Shown: positions 9,156-19,788, counted from the stretch's first letter. The stretch is 64,000 nt of DNA from an uncultured Sphingobacteriaceae bacterium (GCA_964436635.1 CAYTDM010000009.1:959-64958), one strand, 5' to 3'. The notes: generated from the letters alone by a model not told the origin. Program-made: numbers and translations.

Positions 9156-9899
9156 TTATAGGGCTTTTTTATAACTGCGTTCTCCGAGTGCCCAAATTGT
9201 TTTTGCTGGTGATTTCAATTTTAAGTTTGCCTGAACAGCATATTTATTAATGTGTGCTACCACCTCCGCCACATCATCGGTAAATAATAATAAATCCATG
9301 TCTTCTGGACTGATTGTTTTTTCAGCTAACATGCGTTCTATATGTTGCTGAATGTTTGTATGAAATTCTTTTCCCATGATGACGATTGGGAATTTCTCTA
9401 TCTTTCCTGTTTGGATCAGGGTCAAAGTCTCAAAAAATTCATCCAAGGTGCCAAAGCCTCCAGGCAACACGATAAATGCAAAGGAATATTTGCGTAAAAG
9501 TTCTTTGCGCACAAAAAAATAATCCAAATTCACAAAGCGATCTAAGTAGGGATTTTCTTTTTGCTCATGCGGCAAAACGATGTTACATCCTAAAGATAAA
9601 GCGCCCACATCTTTGGCTCCCCGATTGGCTGCCTCCATAATCCCAGGACCACCGCCGGTCATAATGGCAAAGCCTAATTCACCTATTCTTGCGGACACTT
9701 CTCGAGCTAATTTGTAATAGAGATGATCCTCATTAAAACGAGCAGAACCAAAAACAGTCACACAGGGACCTACGAAATGCAAGGCTCTTAAACCGTGCAT
9801 GAATTGATGTAAGACGCCAAACACATATTTTAATTCCCTTAGTCTTGAACCAGGGCCCTCCATGAATTTCTTTTCTAAGCGATAAGTCCACTTTGCCAT
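9156..9899 (-). CDS. LOG family / TIGR00730 Rossmann-fold nucleotide-binding protein
   Basis: GGGPGIMEAANRGA and PGGFGTLDE motifs. The ORF track starts at a TTG at 9908; I prefer the in-frame ATG at 9899 (MAKWTY...). Confidence 0.85.
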   Translation of the reverse strand: MAKWTYRLEKKFMEGPGSRLRELKYVFGVLHQFMHGLRALHFVGPCVTVFGSARFNEDHLYYKLAREVSARIGELGFAIMTGGGPGIMEAANRGAKDVGALSLGCNIVLPHEQKENPYLDRFVNLDYFFVRKELLRKYSFAFIVLPGGFGTLDEFFETLTLIQTGKIEKFPIVIMGKEFHTNIQQHIERMLAEKTISPEDMDLLLFTDDVAEVVAHINKYAVQANLKLKSPAKTIWALGERSYKKAL

Positions 9900-9909
9900 T
9901 TTTATCAAT

Positions 9910-10740
9910 TTAATTTAATAATAAATTGTTCGCTTCTTCTATTAAACGCTTTACTTTCGAAGGACTAAAGCCCAGCGCCTTCATATGTTCGGGCTGATCC
10001 AATAAATCCTTAACCAAAATGCATTTCGAGCTTAATAATTTGTTCTTTTCAAACTTTGTTAAATTTGTCAAACAGGTGATCGGGTATAATCCAGTGTCAT
10101 CGACAATGAATTTAATGCTGTTATTCTCTGGATAATCCCAGGATAATACCTGCAGCCCATAATACTTGCTGAAATTTTTTGCGTCCTGGGTAAGATAGAC
10201 ATTGGTTACTAACCAACCTTCCCGTACATACGCGGTTTTATTGAAATATTGAAATGTTTTGCCCTGCAAATCCTTAAATCTTGAAAGAATATACATGGGC
10301 GTAGTCACACTGATTTTCGTCTCGGTCGTGTTTCTAAACTTGCACTCAGCGATTAATAACGTGTCTTCTTTTAGTCCCAAAACATCGATTTCGTGATTCA
10401 CTGCATAGCCGGCTAAGATTTCGCCGTTTAATACCTGATATCCGAGGTGTTCGAAAATTCTTCCAGCCCATTTTTCAAAGTAGAATCCATCAGGCCCTAA
10501 GTCCTTTATAGCACGTTTTAAACTGTACCGAGCTGCGAATGCATTTGATTTCTTACGCAAAAAATTAAATGCCAGTTTATATAAGTCTTTGGTATGCATA
10601 CCATCGTATAATTTTGGCTGAATTTTTTGAATAATTTCGGATACTTCATGGCTTGATGCACCGGATTTAGATAATGAAAAAATTAACTTTTCTAAATCAA
10701 ATTCTTCTAAATCTCCTGAATATTTTCTAATCTTAATCAT
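9910..10740 (-). CDS. ATP-cone domain fused to an Mrr-like PD-(D/E)xK nuclease domain
   Basis: N-terminal ATP-cone (MIKIRKYSGDLEEFDLEKLIFSL...LYKLAFNFL). The central nuclease core has E(FEKW)...D(HEIDVL)...ExK(IAECKF). The C-terminal tail is helix-hairpin-helix-like. Confidence 0.75.
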   Translation of the reverse strand: MIKIRKYSGDLEEFDLEKLIFSLSKSGASSHEVSEIIQKIQPKLYDGMHTKDLYKLAFNFLRKKSNAFAARYSLKRAIKDLGPDGFYFEKWAGRIFEHLGYQVLNGEILAGYAVNHEIDVLGLKEDTLLIAECKFRNTTETKISVTTPMYILSRFKDLQGKTFQYFNKTAYVREGWLVTNVYLTQDAKNFSKYYGLQVLSWDYPENNSIKFIVDDTGLYPITCLTNLTKFEKNKLLSSKCILVKDLLDQPEHMKALGFSPSKVKRLIEEANNLLLN

Positions 10741-10793
10741 TTACTGCCCTGAGAATTAATTACTGGTTATCACATTATGGAGTGCCTAAAACG

Positions 10794-12563
10794 CTATAAG
10801 ATTCGTGCGATTGGATACCGCATATAGGTTTTTTCTACATATTTAGATTGGTTGTGTACCCATGTAAGTTGTGCTTGGGCATTGTTCTTCAATTGTTCGT
10901 CTTTTAGTTTTGCGGCTTCTAACGCGGCTTTCAACGCTGGGTTTTCCCTTAACATTTGCGCAGCCTCATCTTCAAAAATATACGCTGAAAAATGTTCTTT
11001 TTTGCTAAGCACCGAATCAAAGAAATTCCAATTAAAGAAGGAATCGGGCGCTTGTGGCTCCAAGGTTTCGATGATGTAGCGATTCGCAGCTTGATTCATA
11101 TGAATAAGATAATCTCCTTGGTAGAACTGGATAGTTTGCATTTCCTTTCGTACTTGTACTTGGCTATGGTTGTAGTGTCCTTCGTATGGAGCACGCGCAG
11201 TTTGATAGTCAGTAATGTAATACATTTCAACCTGCAGGGTCGTGTCGGATGCTAAGCGCTCCATTTCCACTCCATTTAGCTTTAATAAGTCAATGACCGC
11301 AGACCAAGCTTGAGGGATGAGGTAAGCCGCTGGTTTATCCACGCTTTGACTCGTTTGATAACGATTGTAAAACTTGATTTCTTTTTTAAATGGCTGATTT
11401 CGATCATAGAACAAACGAGGCGCTCCACTTACTTCGCTCGGTTTCGTGCCCGATTCATAACCTAAAAAATCAATTATATCATATTTATTCGTGTCCAAGG
11501 AATAATTTAAGGCAAAGGTTTTTTGTGTTTTAACCGATTCAATGGCTACCTTTTTTGCCTGGATCAACTCCTTGGCAAGGGTACTGTTGGACTCTATGAA
11601 ATGCGTTAATAAGGCATAGGTAGACTTGACACGGTCCACATAAGGTTTTAACATATGCGTTTCTGGCATATAACCAATGGTGTGATGCATGGCCGTGTAG
11701 CCAGTAGAATACCGTGGTCCATCTAAAAAGGATACAATGCCAGATTCAGGCGTCCTTCCACGAAAACTTACATAGGGAATCATGGGATATTCACTTTTTT
11801 CCATTTTTGCATACAATTCCTGCGTTAATCGCTTCGCAATAGGAGATAGGGCAGGTGTTAACTTATCATTTTGTGTTTCTATCAAGGTCATCACATATTG
11901 ATAATCCGCCCCATTACTGGTGTGTGTGTCCATAAAAACTGTCGGTTTCCAAGTGTGAAATATTTCTTGAAAACTGCGTGAATTTCTCGTGTCTGTTTTC
12001 ACAAAATCTCGATTTAAATCAAAATTCCGAGCATTTCCACGGAAACCATAGGCGGCTGGACCTTCCTGATTCGCGCGAGATTGGCCACGTTGATGCATAC
12101 CTCCAATATTATATACCGGTAGAATGCAGATAATCGTGTTGTCTGGAAGTGTATTCGATGTTAATAAGTTCCTCGCCAGCATCATGGAAGCATCGATGCC
12201 TTCGGGTTCTCCCGGATGAATGCCATTATTAATCAATAGGACCAACTGATTTTGTGCATGAGCTACTGCTGGATCGAATGTTTTATTTTTAGACAGCACC
12301 AATAGATGCAGGGGCTTTCCAAAATCCGTTTCGCCATACGTGAATAATTTACAAGTCTCAAATTGATCGTCCAATGCTTGATAGAACGCAATGACCTCCT
12401 CGTAGGTCGCTGTCGTGTTTGAATCCAGTTCAAAACTGATTTTCATACTCGAAGCAGATTGATTTTTTTGAGAATAGGTCATTTGTATAAAGAAAAGGTT
12501 GGTTATTATTAAGAATGCAGTTCTAATATTTTTGCGAAGCATACGGAAATTCATAAATGTCAT
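10794..12563 (-). CDS. M14 family zinc carboxypeptidase
   Basis: HxxE zinc motif (GIHPGEPEG) and a signal peptide. The ORF-track TTG start at 12578 lies inside a -7 promoter box, so I take the first ATG after it (12563). Confidence 0.85.
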   Translation of the reverse strand: MTFMNFRMLRKNIRTAFLIITNLFFIQMTYSQKNQSASSMKISFELDSNTTATYEEVIAFYQALDDQFETCKLFTYGETDFGKPLHLLVLSKNKTFDPAVAHAQNQLVLLINNGIHPGEPEGIDASMMLARNLLTSNTLPDNTIICILPVYNIGGMHQRGQSRANQEGPAAYGFRGNARNFDLNRDFVKTDTRNSRSFQEIFHTWKPTVFMDTHTSNGADYQYVMTLIETQNDKLTPALSPIAKRLTQELYAKMEKSEYPMIPYVSFRGRTPESGIVSFLDGPRYSTGYTAMHHTIGYMPETHMLKPYVDRVKSTYALLTHFIESNSTLAKELIQAKKVAIESVKTQKTFALNYSLDTNKYDIIDFLGYESGTKPSEVSGAPRLFYDRNQPFKKEIKFYNRYQTSQSVDKPAAYLIPQAWSAVIDLLKLNGVEMERLASDTTLQVEMYYITDYQTARAPYEGHYNHSQVQVRKEMQTIQFYQGDYLIHMNQAANRYIIETLEPQAPDSFFNWNFFDSVLSKKEHFSAYIFEDEAAQMLRENPALKAALEAAKLKDEQLKNNAQAQLTWVHNQSKYVEKTYMRYPIARIL

Positions 12564-12575
12564 CTTTGGAAAATC

Positions 12576-12583
12576 CAAATATA
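12576..12583 (-). promoter_or_regulatory. Bacteroidota -7 promoter box (TATATTTG)
   Basis: Exact TAnnTTTG on the minus strand, just upstream of the M14 peptidase ATG at 12563. Confidence 0.45.
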
Positions 12584-12772
12584 ATTAAATTTCAATGGAT
12601 TGCTGATTCTGTAACGTTATTTTAAAATGAATTCAATCATTTCGTCATTTTGTTATCAAAAATATATGTAAATTACTCAAAATTTATGAAAATGATTAAA
12701 AAAATTTAAATATGTTATGAATAATAAAAAATTATTCTTTCTTTTGTAATTATATTTTAAATAAATAATTCT

Positions 12773-14437
12773 ATGTGTGGAATAATTGGAGTATTTAATG
12801 TGCAGGGACGAAGTGAAGCATTGCGTCCTACTGTATTGAGCATGTCAAAAAAAGTAAGGCACCGTGGACCAGATTGGTCTGGTATTTATTGTGGCCAAAA
12901 CTCATTGTTAGCCCATGAGCGTTTAGCGATTGTAGACCCTAAATCTGGGCAGCAACCGATCTTTGATAAGGATCAAACCATCGTGTTATCTATGAATGGT
13001 GAAATTTACAATCACCGCTCATTAAGAAATCTAACTCCAAATTTCGAATTTCAAACTGAATTAGATAGCGAAATAATTTTAGCCTTATATAAAAAGGAGG
13101 GAGCTCAGTTTTTAGATCGTCTTAATGGAATTTTTGCCTTTGCTTTATACGATATCGAGCAAGATTGTTATTTAATCGCGCGGGATCATATCGGGATTAT
13201 CCCCTTGTATATGGGGTGGGATTCGGAAGGGGCACTGTATGTAGCGTCTGAATTAAAAGCATTGGAAGGCATTTGTGAACGGATAGAAACGTTTCCTCCA
13301 GGACATTATTTGTATAGTAAAGAAGGCATGGAGCTCCAAGCTTGGTATCAACCAGATTGGAAGAGCTATGAATCAGTTAAAGACGTGGTTTCTGATATAG
13401 ATCGCCTAAGAGAAGGGTTGGAAACTGCAGTACACAGACAGTTAATGTCGGATGTGCCTTATGGAGTATTGTTATCTGGGGGCTTGGATTCTTCTGTGAT
13501 AGCTGCGATTACAAAACGTTTTGCTTCAAAAAGAATCGAGTCGGACGATCAAGATCAGGCCTGGTACCCTCAATTACATTCTTTTGCTGTAGGCCTTAAA
13601 GGTTCTCCAGATTTGGATGCTGCAAGAAAGGCCGCTGCACATATTGGAACGATTCATCACGAGGTGAATTTCACCATTCAAGAAGGATTGGATGCCATTC
13701 GGGATGTTATTTATCATCTTGAAACGTACGATGTGACCACTGTGCGTGCTTCTACGCCTATGTATTTGCTTGCTCGGGTGATCAAATCTATGGGGATTAA
13801 AATGGTGCTTTCGGGAGAGGGTTCGGATGAGCTGTTTGGAGGGTATTTGTATTTTCATAAGGCGCCAAACGCTAAAGAATTCCATGAAGAAACAGTTCGC
13901 AAATTAGACAAACTTCATTTGTACGATTGCCTGCGAGCAAATAAGTCTTTAGCGGCATGGGGAGTAGAAGGGAGAGTGCCATTTCTCGATAAGGAATTTA
14001 TGGACATTGCGATGCGCATCAACCCTGAAGATAAAATGATCAAAGACGGCAAGATGGAGAAGTGGATCGTTCGAAAAGCTTTCGAATCGTATTTACCGGC
14101 TGAAATCGCTTGGAGACAAAAGGAACAATTTTCGGATGGGGTTGGGTACAGCTGGATCGATACTTTGAAAGCACAAGCTGAAGAGAAAGTGTCCGATAAA
14201 GATTTTGCGCGAGCTGCAGAACGCTTCCCATTCAATACGCCGAAAAATAAAGAGGAATATTTATATAGGACGATTTTTGAAGAGCATTTTCCGTCAGAAA
14301 CAGCTGCAAAGACGGTTCCTTCAGTGAAATCGGTCGCTTGCAGTACGCCAGAAGCTTTGGCTTGGGATGCGGCTTTTCAAAACATGAACGACCCTTCAGG
14401 TAGGGCTGTCTCATCCGTGCATTTAGAAGCTTATTAA
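12773..14437 (+). CDS. asnB: Asparagine synthase (glutamine-hydrolysing)
   Basis: MCGI N-terminal nucleophile, SGGLDSS PP-loop, 554 aa. Confidence 0.95.
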   Translation: MCGIIGVFNVQGRSEALRPTVLSMSKKVRHRGPDWSGIYCGQNSLLAHERLAIVDPKSGQQPIFDKDQTIVLSMNGEIYNHRSLRNLTPNFEFQTELDSEIILALYKKEGAQFLDRLNGIFAFALYDIEQDCYLIARDHIGIIPLYMGWDSEGALYVASELKALEGICERIETFPPGHYLYSKEGMELQAWYQPDWKSYESVKDVVSDIDRLREGLETAVHRQLMSDVPYGVLLSGGLDSSVIAAITKRFASKRIESDDQDQAWYPQLHSFAVGLKGSPDLDAARKAAAHIGTIHHEVNFTIQEGLDAIRDVIYHLETYDVTTVRASTPMYLLARVIKSMGIKMVLSGEGSDELFGGYLYFHKAPNAKEFHEETVRKLDKLHLYDCLRANKSLAAWGVEGRVPFLDKEFMDIAMRINPEDKMIKDGKMEKWIVRKAFESYLPAEIAWRQKEQFSDGVGYSWIDTLKAQAEEKVSDKDFARAAERFPFNTPKNKEEYLYRTIFEEHFPSETAAKTVPSVKSVACSTPEALAWDAAFQNMNDPSGRAVSSVHLEAY

Positions 14438-14451
14438 TGTGTAAAAAGTGT

Positions 14452-14479
14452 GCAGATACCCTTATGAAGGGTTATCTGC
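14452..14479. terminator. Bidirectional hairpin between convergent asnB and accD
   Basis: 12-bp stem with one bulge (GCAGATACCCTT / AAGGGTTATCTGC). There is a T-run on the minus-strand side. It overlaps the accD stop codon. Confidence 0.5.
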
Positions 14480-15316
14480 CACTAATTTTAAGAAGGTAGA
14501 AATCTTAGATTTTAGTTTTCTTCTGTCTACGATGAAATCTAAAAATCCGTGTTCCAATAAGAATTCAGAGGTTTGGAATCCCTTTGGTAAATCTTTTTTA
14601 ATCGTTTCTTTAATTACACGCGGTCCCGCAAAACCAATTAATGCGCCAGGCTCTGCAATATTAATATCTCCCAACATTGCGTAAGAAGCCGTAACTCCTC
14701 CAGTGGTAGGATCGGTTAATAAACAAATGTATGGCAACTGTGCTTTGCTTAATAAGGCTAATTTCGCAGAGGTTTTGGCCATTTGCATTAATGAAAAGGC
14801 TGCTTCCATCATTCTGGCACCGCCAGACTTTGAAATCAACATAAATGGAAGCTTGTGCGCGATGCAATAATCGATGGATCTGGCAATTTTTTCCCCCACC
14901 ACGGATCCCATAGATCCTCCGATGAATGTGAAATCCATACACGCAATCACTAATTCTTGTCCATCTACTTTACCGTGTGCACAACGAATCGCGTCTTTAA
15001 GCCCTGTCTTTTCGTAACTCTCTTCAAGTCGTTCAGTATATTTTTTTGTGTCCGCAAAATTTAACGGATCGCCTGATGTGAGGTTTGGGAAAAGCTCTGT
15101 AAATTGATTTTCATCAAATAGAATTGAAAAATAGGCGGCAGAGCCAATTCGCAAATGGTAGCTGCAATAATGGCAAACATATTTGTTTTCATTTTGCTCT
15201 ACATTTAGAAGCGGTTTTTTACAAGAAGGACATTTATTCCATAGTCCGTCTGGTGCTTCTTTCTTGTTCGCTGTTGCCGTATTGATTCCGGCTTTATCTC
15301 TTTTGAACCAACTCAT
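14462..15316 (-). CDS. accD: Acetyl-CoA carboxylase carboxyltransferase subunit beta
   Basis: N-terminal Zn-ribbon (CPSCKK...CHYC) and a carboxyltransferase domain ([13 protein letters not shown]). Confidence 0.95.
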   Translation of the reverse strand: MSWFKRDKAGINTATANKKEAPDGLWNKCPSCKKPLLNVEQNENKYVCHYCSYHLRIGSAAYFSILFDENQFTELFPNLTSGDPLNFADTKKYTERLEESYEKTGLKDAIRCAHGKVDGQELVIACMDFTFIGGSMGSVVGEKIARSIDYCIAHKLPFMLISKSGGARMMEAAFSLMQMAKTSAKLALLSKAQLPYICLLTDPTTGGVTASYAMLGDINIAEPGALIGFAGPRVIKETIKKDLPKGFQTSEFLLEHGFLDFIVDRRKLKSKISTFLKLVADNPS

Positions 15317-15570
15317 GGAATTTTCTAAATCAAATAAGTCTGCAAATAAACAAAAAAATTAGATAAAAATGGATTAATACCTAAAATTGATTTCTTTGCT
15401 AAATCAGATTAGCAGATTAGGGTTAACGGTGAATTCACAGAAATTTGGTGCTAAAATCTAAAAATGTTTGATAAAAATTAGTTTATTTTGAATATTTGAC
15501 TAAAAAAATCTAAAAATTCTCCTTGTTTTTAATATAATTCTATATTTTTGTGTCAAATAAAAATAAAAAT

Positions 15571-17760
15571 ATGTCAAATTTTAGGTTCAAACTTGTAGAT
15601 GCAGCTATTTCCAGGGTAAATAGTGCGCCAAATTTTGCAGAATTTGTGAAATACTCTTCAATTTACCAGAAAAATGTATTCACTTTAGGTAAGATGAAGG
15701 ATTATCTTCCAAAATATGCTTACGAAAACCTACTTAGCAGCATTGATCAGAACACAGCGATCGACTCTGAGTTAGCAGAGCATGTGTCACAAGCGATGAA
15801 GAGTTGGGCCATGAGCAATGGAGTTACGCATTACACACACTGGTTCCAACCGCTTACTGGTGCGACTGCAGAAAAACACGATGCATTTTTTGAACCTGGA
15901 TCTGACGGTGTCGCTTTAGAAAAATTTACAGCCTCAGCGTTGGTTCAACAAGAACCCGATGCATCCAGCTTTCCAAATGGTGGAATTCGTAATACATTTG
16001 AAGCAAGAGGATATACTGGTTGGGATCCAAGTTCCCCTGCTTTTATCTATGAAACCGGCGGAAGCAAAACACTTTGCATTCCGACTGTGTTTATCTCGTA
16101 TACTGGAGAAGCCTTAGATTATAAAGCGCCTTTATTAAAGTCTTTAAATATTCTTGATAAGGCCGCAGTAGAGGTAGCCCAATATTTTGATAAATCCATT
16201 ACAAAAATCAATTCTTCTTTAGGAATCGAACAAGAGTACTTCTTAGTGGATTTAAGCTTATTTAATGCACGTCCAGACTTGCAATTGACTGGAAGAACTT
16301 TGTTTGGGCACATGTCCGCTAAAGGCCAACAATTAGAAGACCATTACTTCGGCGCGATTCCAGAACGTGTATTAGCGTTCATGGTGGAATTGGAACAAGA
16401 AGCCTTGAAATTAGGGATTCCATTAAAAACCAGGCACAATGAAGTGGCGCCTTCCCAATTTGAATGCGCTCCTATGTTTGAAGAGATGAATTTGGCGATC
16501 GACCATAATCAATTGCTATTAAATCTTATGGATAAGGTGGCATTAAGACACCATTTCAAAGTATTAATCCACGAAAAACCATATGCGGGCATTAATGGAT
16601 CGGGAAAACACAATAATTGGTCCTTGATTACCAATACCGGTGTTAATTTATTGTCACCTGGAAAAACGCCTAAAAACAATTTAATGTTCTTAACGTTTTT
16701 TGTCAACACGATTAAAGCCGTTTATGAACATGCAGATTTATTAAGAGCTTCGATCGCGAGTGCGTCGAATGATCATCGCTTAGGGGCAAATGAAGCACCA
16801 CCTGCTATTATTTCTATTTTCTTAGGCAGTCAATTAAATGCGGTGTTGGATGAGGTAGAAACAGCCAGAGTGGCTAAGAAAGTGAAAGAGGAAGCGATGT
16901 TATGGCATGGCATTCCAAAAATCCCTGAATTAACCTTAGATAATACTGACCGAAATCGTACTTCACCATTTGCTTTCACTGGAAATAAATTTGAATTCCG
17001 CGCTGTGGGATCGTCTCAAAACAGTGCATCTCCAATGATTGTTTTGAATACGATCGTGGCAAATCAATTGATGGAATTTAAAGAGGAGGTGGAGCGCCAA
17101 ATTAAAAAAGGTACGAAAAAGGATTTGGCACTCTTAAATGTAGTGAGAAAATACATCAAAGATTCCAAAGCGATTCGCTTCGAAGGCAATGGCTACAGTG
17201 CTGCTTGGGAAGAAGAAGCAGCTTCACGCGGACTTTCAAACATTAAAACCACACCAAAAGCATTGGATGCCTACATGGCGGAGGCTTCCATCGAATTATT
17301 CGAACGTTGTGGAGTGTTTTCAAAACGTGAAAGCGAAGCAAGGCACGAAATCCTATTAGAAAGTTATTTCAAAAAGATTCAAATTGAAGCACGTGTGATC
17401 GGAGAGTTGGTAAACAGCATGTTAGCGCCAGCATCCATCGATTATCAAAACATGTTAATTAAAAATGTGGCTGGATTGAAAGAGTTAGGATTGTCTAAAG
17501 AAAGCTACGCTGGTCAATTAAATTTGGTGGAAAGATTGTCTTCACACATTAATTTCATTTTATCAGGAGCTGAAGAGATGCGTCAAGCGCGCAAAAAAGC
17601 AAATGCATTAGAAAATATGCGTGACCGCGCGATCGCTTACGATGAGACCGTGAAACCTTATTTTGATAAAATTCGGTACCACTTAAATAAATTGGAACAA
17701 ATTGTAGAAGACTCAAAATGGCCATTGCCAAAATTAAGAGAACTTTTATTCGTTAAATAA
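15571..17760 (+). CDS. glnA: Glutamine synthetase type III
   Basis: About 730 aa with GSIII-specific blocks (VTHYTHWFQPLTG, NGSGKHNNWS). I chose the ATG at 15571 (MSNFRF) over the GTG at 15550. Confidence 0.95.
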   Translation: MSNFRFKLVDAAISRVNSAPNFAEFVKYSSIYQKNVFTLGKMKDYLPKYAYENLLSSIDQNTAIDSELAEHVSQAMKSWAMSNGVTHYTHWFQPLTGATAEKHDAFFEPGSDGVALEKFTASALVQQEPDASSFPNGGIRNTFEARGYTGWDPSSPAFIYETGGSKTLCIPTVFISYTGEALDYKAPLLKSLNILDKAAVEVAQYFDKSITKINSSLGIEQEYFLVDLSLFNARPDLQLTGRTLFGHMSAKGQQLEDHYFGAIPERVLAFMVELEQEALKLGIPLKTRHNEVAPSQFECAPMFEEMNLAIDHNQLLLNLMDKVALRHHFKVLIHEKPYAGINGSGKHNNWSLITNTGVNLLSPGKTPKNNLMFLTFFVNTIKAVYEHADLLRASIASASNDHRLGANEAPPAIISIFLGSQLNAVLDEVETARVAKKVKEEAMLWHGIPKIPELTLDNTDRNRTSPFAFTGNKFEFRAVGSSQNSASPMIVLNTIVANQLMEFKEEVERQIKKGTKKDLALLNVVRKYIKDSKAIRFEGNGYSAAWEEEAASRGLSNIKTTPKALDAYMAEASIELFERCGVFSKRESEARHEILLESYFKKIQIEARVIGELVNSMLAPASIDYQNMLIKNVAGLKELGLSKESYAGQLNLVERLSSHINFILSGAEEMRQARKKANALENMRDRAIAYDETVKPYFDKIRYHLNKLEQIVEDSKWPLPKLRELLFVK

Positions 17761-17776
17761 TTTGGAAAATCATGCC

Positions 17777-17784
17777 TAATTTTG
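17777..17784 (+). promoter_or_regulatory. Bacteroidota -7 promoter box (TAATTTTG)
   Basis: Exact TAnnTTTG 24 nt upstream of the ribE ATG. Confidence 0.45.
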
Positions 17785-17808
17785 TATCTTGTATAGAAGG
17801 ACAAAATT

Positions 17809-18405
17809 ATGTTTACTGGAATTATTGAAACGTTAGGAATCGTTGAGACGATAGAAATAGATGGAGGAAACCGGACTTATGGAGTTCGGTCCTCCATTTC
17901 TTCTGCATTAAAGATTGATCAGAGCATCTCCCATAATGGGGTTTGTCTGACAGTTATTGCAGTAGAAGATAACTTACATAAGGTAACGGCGATCGCTGAA
18001 ACCTTGGAAAAATCGAATTTAAATGGGTGGCAGCCAGGAACCAAAGTGAATTTGGAACGCTGTACGCAAATCGGCGCGCGACTTGACGGGCACATTGTTC
18101 AAGGTCATGTGGACCAAACGGGAACCTGTATTGGGCTTGAAAATCAAGATGGTAGTTGGGTGTTCACCTTCCAATACGATGCTAATGCAGGAAACATCAC
18201 TGTGGAGAAAGGATCCATTACAGTCAATGGCATAAGTTTAACGGTGGTCAACTCTAAAGACGATCAATTCTCCGTAGCGATCATTCCCTATACCTATGAA
18301 CACACGAATTTGCATGAGGTAAAAGTAGGGGATACCGTGAATTTAGAATTCGATATTGTCGGCAAATATGTAGCTAAATTGTTTGAGCGCAGACAGCATT
18401 CTTAA
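17809..18405 (+). CDS. ribE: Riboflavin synthase
   Basis: MFTGIIE start and duplicated lumazine-binding repeats (SISHNGVCLTV / SITVNGISLTV). Confidence 0.95.
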   Translation: MFTGIIETLGIVETIEIDGGNRTYGVRSSISSALKIDQSISHNGVCLTVIAVEDNLHKVTAIAETLEKSNLNGWQPGTKVNLERCTQIGARLDGHIVQGHVDQTGTCIGLENQDGSWVFTFQYDANAGNITVEKGSITVNGISLTVVNSKDDQFSVAIIPYTYEHTNLHEVKVGDTVNLEFDIVGKYVAKLFERRQHS

Positions 18406-18475
18406 TCATAGCTTACATGAAGGAATGTGTCTTAATTCAGGTGACTCAAATGCGCGTGACTTAAACAGAGATTGA

Positions 18476-19741
18476 TTAAAGATTTTCTTCAGGGATGGAA
18501 GTTGGTGAAGCCGGTTTCCATGCTTTTTGCGTAAATTTCGCTGTTAACATCGCGGCCACATTATCCCCGGTGGAGTTCAAGATCGTCGCCATAGGATCGA
18601 CTAAAGTTCCGATAATCATTACTGCTGGGATGGCTTCTGTAGGCAATCCGTAAACAGAAATCATTAAGATTTCGCCTATGTATCCTCCATTTGGAATGCC
18701 ACCTGCCACGATGCTTACCAATACCGTAATGCCAATCGCTGTAAGCAAGGTCATAGGATCGAAAAAATCCCATCCAATAATGACAAAAGCCACATAAATT
18801 TTGACAATGCTGGACATCGACGAGCCATTTTTATGCAGGGTCGTGCCTAAAGGAATCACCACATTCGCCACCACTGGTGGGACCCCCATGCGCCTGGCTG
18901 CTTGAATATTCACCGGCATAGTGGCGATGGAACTGCAGGTACTTACAGCAGTAATTGTAGGTTCAATATTGTATTTCCAGAATGTTTTAATGCCAGGAAT
19001 TCCTCCTGCTACATATGCATATAGACTAAAAAATCCTAAAAAGTAAATCGCACCCAGTATATAATAAAGGGCTAATGGTTTTGCATACAATTCAAATAAT
19101 CCGTCCCCAACCGCGGCCACTTGATAGGCAAAATACGCCCCCAAACCAATCGGAGCCACTTTCATAATCAAGATTAAAAACTCTTTCATCACCTCGTTTC
19201 CAGCACTTAGAAAGGTTCGAAAAGCTTGCCCTTCTTTTCCAGAACGCATGGCGGCCACGCCTAATAGAAAGGAGAAGATGACGAAAGCCAACATGTTTTG
19301 TCGGGATAAAAACTTATAAAATTCATCCACCGTAACAAATTGCGCTAAGCGATCCCCCCAAGTCGCGCTCGAATTATCGACCAATAAATCCTCTACTGCC
19401 GGTGTGCTGACAAATTGTTGTTCTACTGGGAAGAGATACACCGCAAAAATCGTAACGCATGCAGTTATGACGACTAAACTCATGAAAACCGCAATCATTA
19501 CAGATAGTAATTTTCCTAATTTTTGATTTCGATCAATGTTTGCTACGGAAGATGCGATCGCAAAAAAGATTAAGGGAATGACTGCAGCAAATATTAAATT
19601 CAGAAAAATATCTCCAAAAGGTTTCAACCAATGAACCACATTAGGAGTGAAAATTCCTAAAAATGTTCCAATCGTAATTCCAAATAATAGCAGAATCAAA
19701 CTGCTATAATTTTTATAAAATGCGCTGTTTCGGTTTATCAT
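18476..19741 (-). CDS. Dicarboxylate/amino acid:cation symporter (DAACS family)
   Basis: 421 aa polytopic membrane protein with the DAACS-type hairpin region (PLGTTLHKNGSSMS). Confidence 0.9.
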   Translation of the reverse strand: MINRNSAFYKNYSSLILLLFGITIGTFLGIFTPNVVHWLKPFGDIFLNLIFAAVIPLIFFAIASSVANIDRNQKLGKLLSVMIAVFMSLVVITACVTIFAVYLFPVEQQFVSTPAVEDLLVDNSSATWGDRLAQFVTVDEFYKFLSRQNMLAFVIFSFLLGVAAMRSGKEGQAFRTFLSAGNEVMKEFLILIMKVAPIGLGAYFAYQVAAVGDGLFELYAKPLALYYILGAIYFLGFFSLYAYVAGGIPGIKTFWKYNIEPTITAVSTCSSIATMPVNIQAARRMGVPPVVANVVIPLGTTLHKNGSSMSSIVKIYVAFVIIGWDFFDPMTLLTAIGITVLVSIVAGGIPNGGYIGEILMISVYGLPTEAIPAVMIIGTLVDPMATILNSTGDNVAAMLTAKFTQKAWKPASPTSIPEENL

Positions 19742-19788
19742 GATATGAGCGAATGTATGATTTTTTTTGGAATGAAAATATATTTCAA

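Noticed and set aside
12717-12749. 10-codon uORF MNNKKLFFLL with two Asn codons, 23 nt upstream of asnB (possible Asn-sensing leader peptide)
   Set aside because: AAT is very frequent in this AT-rich spacer. I see no terminator/antiterminator alternative structure between the uORF and asnB, and other equally short ORFs occur nearby. It is testable by conservation, but the sequence alone gives no support.
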